Assembly (NCBI GenBank): GCA_963785235.1
Contig: CAWAUM010000005.1
Location: forward strand, 561,143 to 625,142
Length of the DNA: 64,000 nt
Direction of reading: 5' to 3'
Origin: an uncultured delta proteobacterium
Lineage (GTDB): Bacteria; Desulfobacterota; Desulfomonilia; UBA1062
Made by a program: the position numbers and the translations under genes. The notes below the pieces were generated by a model. It was not told where the DNA came from. It did no database searches and worked only from the letters and a program-made list of their open reading frames with translations. How positions within the stretch are numbered: position 1 is the first letter of the stretch; each line of letters opens with the position of its first letter. This document shows positions 61,196 to 64,000 of the stretch, one piece after another.

Positions 61196-61648
61196 CTATC
61201 GAGACCTCCGACTTTGCCGGTCCGGCCTCATGGCTCGATCCACACGAGCGTGTCTTACAGATGCGGATGTGCGCCCCTCGGATTGGGCGCGAAAAACGTC
61301 GACCTGGGACTGTCCATGCTGGCCGGTTGTGGTTGGCGGTGCCGGTAGTTTGCCCAGCCAAACTGCGATCTCATGCAATGAGGCCCGCACCGCATTGAAG
61401 CGGCGAGTTCCGATATGCGCTGCCCAGCGGGCCTCGATTTCGCCCGCGCAATGTCGCGTCGCAGAAAGTAGTTTCCAGCCCTTCGCCGTCAGATAAATGG
61501 TGGTGGAACGCTGACCTACGGGCGACCTGCGTTCTATGTAGCCTTCGTTTTCCGATCCCATCAGGACGTAATTCATAGCCTGTTTAGTCATATTGCAGCG
61601 TCGCGCCAGATCGATCGGCCGCACTCCGTCGGGTCCGGGATAGTGCAT
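61196..61648 (-). CDS. MarR-family regulator (start uncertain, possibly frameshifted)
   Basis: RPIDLARRCNMTKQAMN...GYIER...IYLTAKG. Confidence 0.8.
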   Translation of the reverse strand: MHYPGPDGVRPIDLARRCNMTKQAMNYVLMGSENEGYIERRSPVGQRSTTIYLTAKGWKLLSATRHCAGEIEARWAAHIGTRRFNAVRASLHEIAVWLGKLPAPPTTTGQHGQSQVDVFRAQSEGRTSASVRHARVDRAMRPDRQSRRSR

Positions 61649-62018
61649 GACGCTGAACTCGGTCTTCCGTCATCTCGATCCCCTGCTCACGCAATGACTC
61701 CAAAATTCCTCGTGTCAGAGCCTCGTGCGTGACGCGGAGCAGTGCGCCTAGCGGTGTAACGGAGAAGGGCTCTGGTTCGGCTGCAAGCGGTGACTTCCGT
61801 TTGGCACTCGCTTCTCGGGAGTGGGGGTCGGATCAAATTCTCCGTTTCCAGGCGTTGACACAGTGGTAAAAACTGTACGAGTTGAGTAAAGAATTTGGAC
61901 CATCTAGGTAAACCGATTGTACCATATAAGCCACGCACTGCAAGCCGGATGTTCTTCGGATCAACTTGGTGACCCGCTTAGCGATCCCGTCCCGCGACCT
62001 AACAATCGGAGGAGTACG

Positions 62019-63633
62019 ATGCCCACCGCCATTAAGCCGAGCCGCACCAGCAAGGAATTTGATCTTGAGTATGACCTCGTCGTCGTGGGCTACGGGTACG
62101 CCGGCGGAATTTCGGCTATCATCGCGGCGGACAATGGCGCCAAGGTTCTGGTGATCGAGAAGTCCGCAGTGCCGGGCGGAATATCGATCTGCTCATACGG
62201 TGCGCTGCGTTGCGCTAACGACCGCGAGTTAGCCTTCCAGTATTTGAAGGAAACCAACGCCGGACGCACCCCTGACGACGTCATTCGCGCGCTCGCAGAC
62301 GGGATGTGCGAAATGGAAGGCTACGTTCAGAGCTAGGGAAGATCAACGGAGCAGTGGTCACGACTACGGAGGAATGGGGCAAAGGCGCCAATTACCCGCT
62401 GAAGGGGTACAAGGCTTTCTACCACACGAACATCGAGCTTCCGAACTTCAACGCTCGCGGAGCCTATCCCTGGGCTAACGGGGCCCCTGGCGGTCCGGTG
62501 ACCTTCAAGGTGGTTGAAGACAATTTAAAGATGCGCAGCGTAGACGTGATGCTGGAGACGGAAGCGCTCCGGCTCATCTCACGCGATGTGGGCGAGACAC
62601 AGGAAGTGCTGGGCGTCACCATCCGCACCAAGGACGCGATAAAGCGGGTGAAGGCTCGCTATGGAGTGATCCTGTGCACGGTGGCTTCGAAGGCAACCGC
62701 GAGATCGAGAGCAGTTCTGGGAAGGCATGCCTGTCAACCCGTGCTGCGGTCAGAACAATACGGGCGACGGAATCCGAATGGCACAGGAGGTGGGTGCGAA
62801 GCTCTGGCACATGTGGCACTTCCACGGCTGCTATGGTTTCACTCATCCGGATCCGAGCTATCCCTACATGATCCGCGTCAAGCGGCTGCCCGACTGGACC
62901 CCGACTCACGAGGATCAGGCGAAGGTAGAGATCGCGTGGATCCTGCTCGATCAAACCGGCCGGCGGTATATGAACGAATACCAGCCCTATACGCAGGACA
63001 CGACGCACCGACCACTGCACTACTTCGATCCTGCGACGCAGAAGTACCCTCGCAACCCATCGTTCCTTATCTGCGATGAAAACGGGCGCAAGATGTATGG
63101 GCTTGGCCGGCCGACTTCCAACGACAAAGGTATCCGGATCAACTGGAGCGACGACAACCTGCGAGAGGTCGAGCTCGGTATCCTGAAAAAAGCAGATACG
63201 ATCCGCGAGCTCGCCGAGAAGCTGGGGATCGATCCGGCTGAAGCCGAACGGAGCATCGCGCGGTGGAACGAGTTGTGCGCGAAGGGATCGGATGACGATT
63301 TCGGGCGGCCGGCGGGCACGATGCCGCCGGTTAATACAGGACCGTTTTACGGCGCTCCGGTCGGCGCGATCGTCACCAACACGCAGGGCGGACCGGTGCA
63401 CAATGCCAAGCAGCAGATCATCGATCACTTCGGTGATGCGATTACCGCGGCTATATGCAGACGGGAGAGATGGGTAGCTCCTTCGGCCACCTGTACATGT
63501 CCGGCAGCAATATCACCGAGTGTTTCGTGAACGGACACATTGCCGGGCGCGAAGTCATGGCGCAACAGCCGTGGGACATCGTCCTGCCAAAGAACGCAAG
63601 ACCGTGCGCGAAATGGAATTCGCAAAATGACTA
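62019..63633 (+). CDS. FAD-binding oxidoreductase (flavocytochrome c / 3-ketosteroid dehydrogenase family), several frameshifts
   Basis: VVVGYGYAG, VIEKS..PGG.S, GGFEGN, NTGDGIRMA, GPFY, NTQGG, PRLYA across frames. Confidence 0.82.
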
Positions 63634-64000
63634 GCGACATCCGAAGGTGGCCCCTGCGCGCCGCCGTGTTCGGCGCAGTATTGAGTGTGGCAATTCCTGC
63701 GAGCGCAGAGACCTATCCGACGAGGACTGTGCGCGTCGTGTTCGGATTGACCGCCGGATCAAGCAGCGATGTGATGGCGCGAATTGTCGCGGAGAAGCTG
63801 GGCGACAAGTGGGGAAACGCGGTCATCATCGATAACCGTCCTGGCGCGGGCGGAATGTCGCCGCGGATGTCGTCGCGAAGTCGGCTCCCGACGGATACAC
63901 ACTACTTTTGTCGAACGTTTCGATCGCCATTGCGCCTTCGTTTTACCGCAAGCTGAACTACGATCCATTGAATGACCTGGTTCCGGTAACGGAGCTTGCC
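63627..64000 (+). CDS. TctC/Bug tripartite tricarboxylate transporter substrate-binding protein, frameshifted, runs off window
   Basis: YPTRTVRVV...AGSSSDVMAR...IDNRPGAGG; PDGYTLL in another frame. Confidence 0.82.

Overview
The window looks like three unrelated DNA segments joined end to end. (A) 1 to ~51510 is Desulfobacterota/Deltaproteobacteria-like DNA. Its AT-rich accessory mosaic (1-23200) holds an intact IS1182 and an ORF-less group II intron. It also holds a ~149-bp IS1182-type MITE whose terminal repeat is split by an IS110/IS1111-type element carrying bridge/seek-RNA guide matches to that repeat, a minimal tyrosine recombinase behind a 13-8-13 lox-like site, a PEP-CTERM gene and signalling genes. 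Next come a sigma54-driven lipid/steroid-type catabolic operon (23395-32546), an island boundary (umuD remnant, tRNA-Arg 3' fragment, tRNA-Thr) and a polar amino-acid ABC transporter. The segment ends in a large TetR-associated operon: acyl-CoA dehydrogenases, a four-subunit 2-hydroxyacyl-CoA dehydratase/benzoyl-CoA reductase-like module, a truncated acetyl-CoA synthase-like protein, a methyltransferase, a corrinoid protein and CooC. (B) ~51510-56855 is very GC-rich, heavily frameshifted DNA with livKHMGF, GntR and a substrate-binding protein. (C) ~56855-64000 is Alphaproteobacteria-like DNA with tRNA-Leu, a P4-type integrase, two tRNA-Glu 3' fragments bracketing one orphan gene, MarR, an FAD-dependent oxidoreductase and TctC. 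All calls come from motif reading by eye; no database search was run, and taxonomic labels are impressions.
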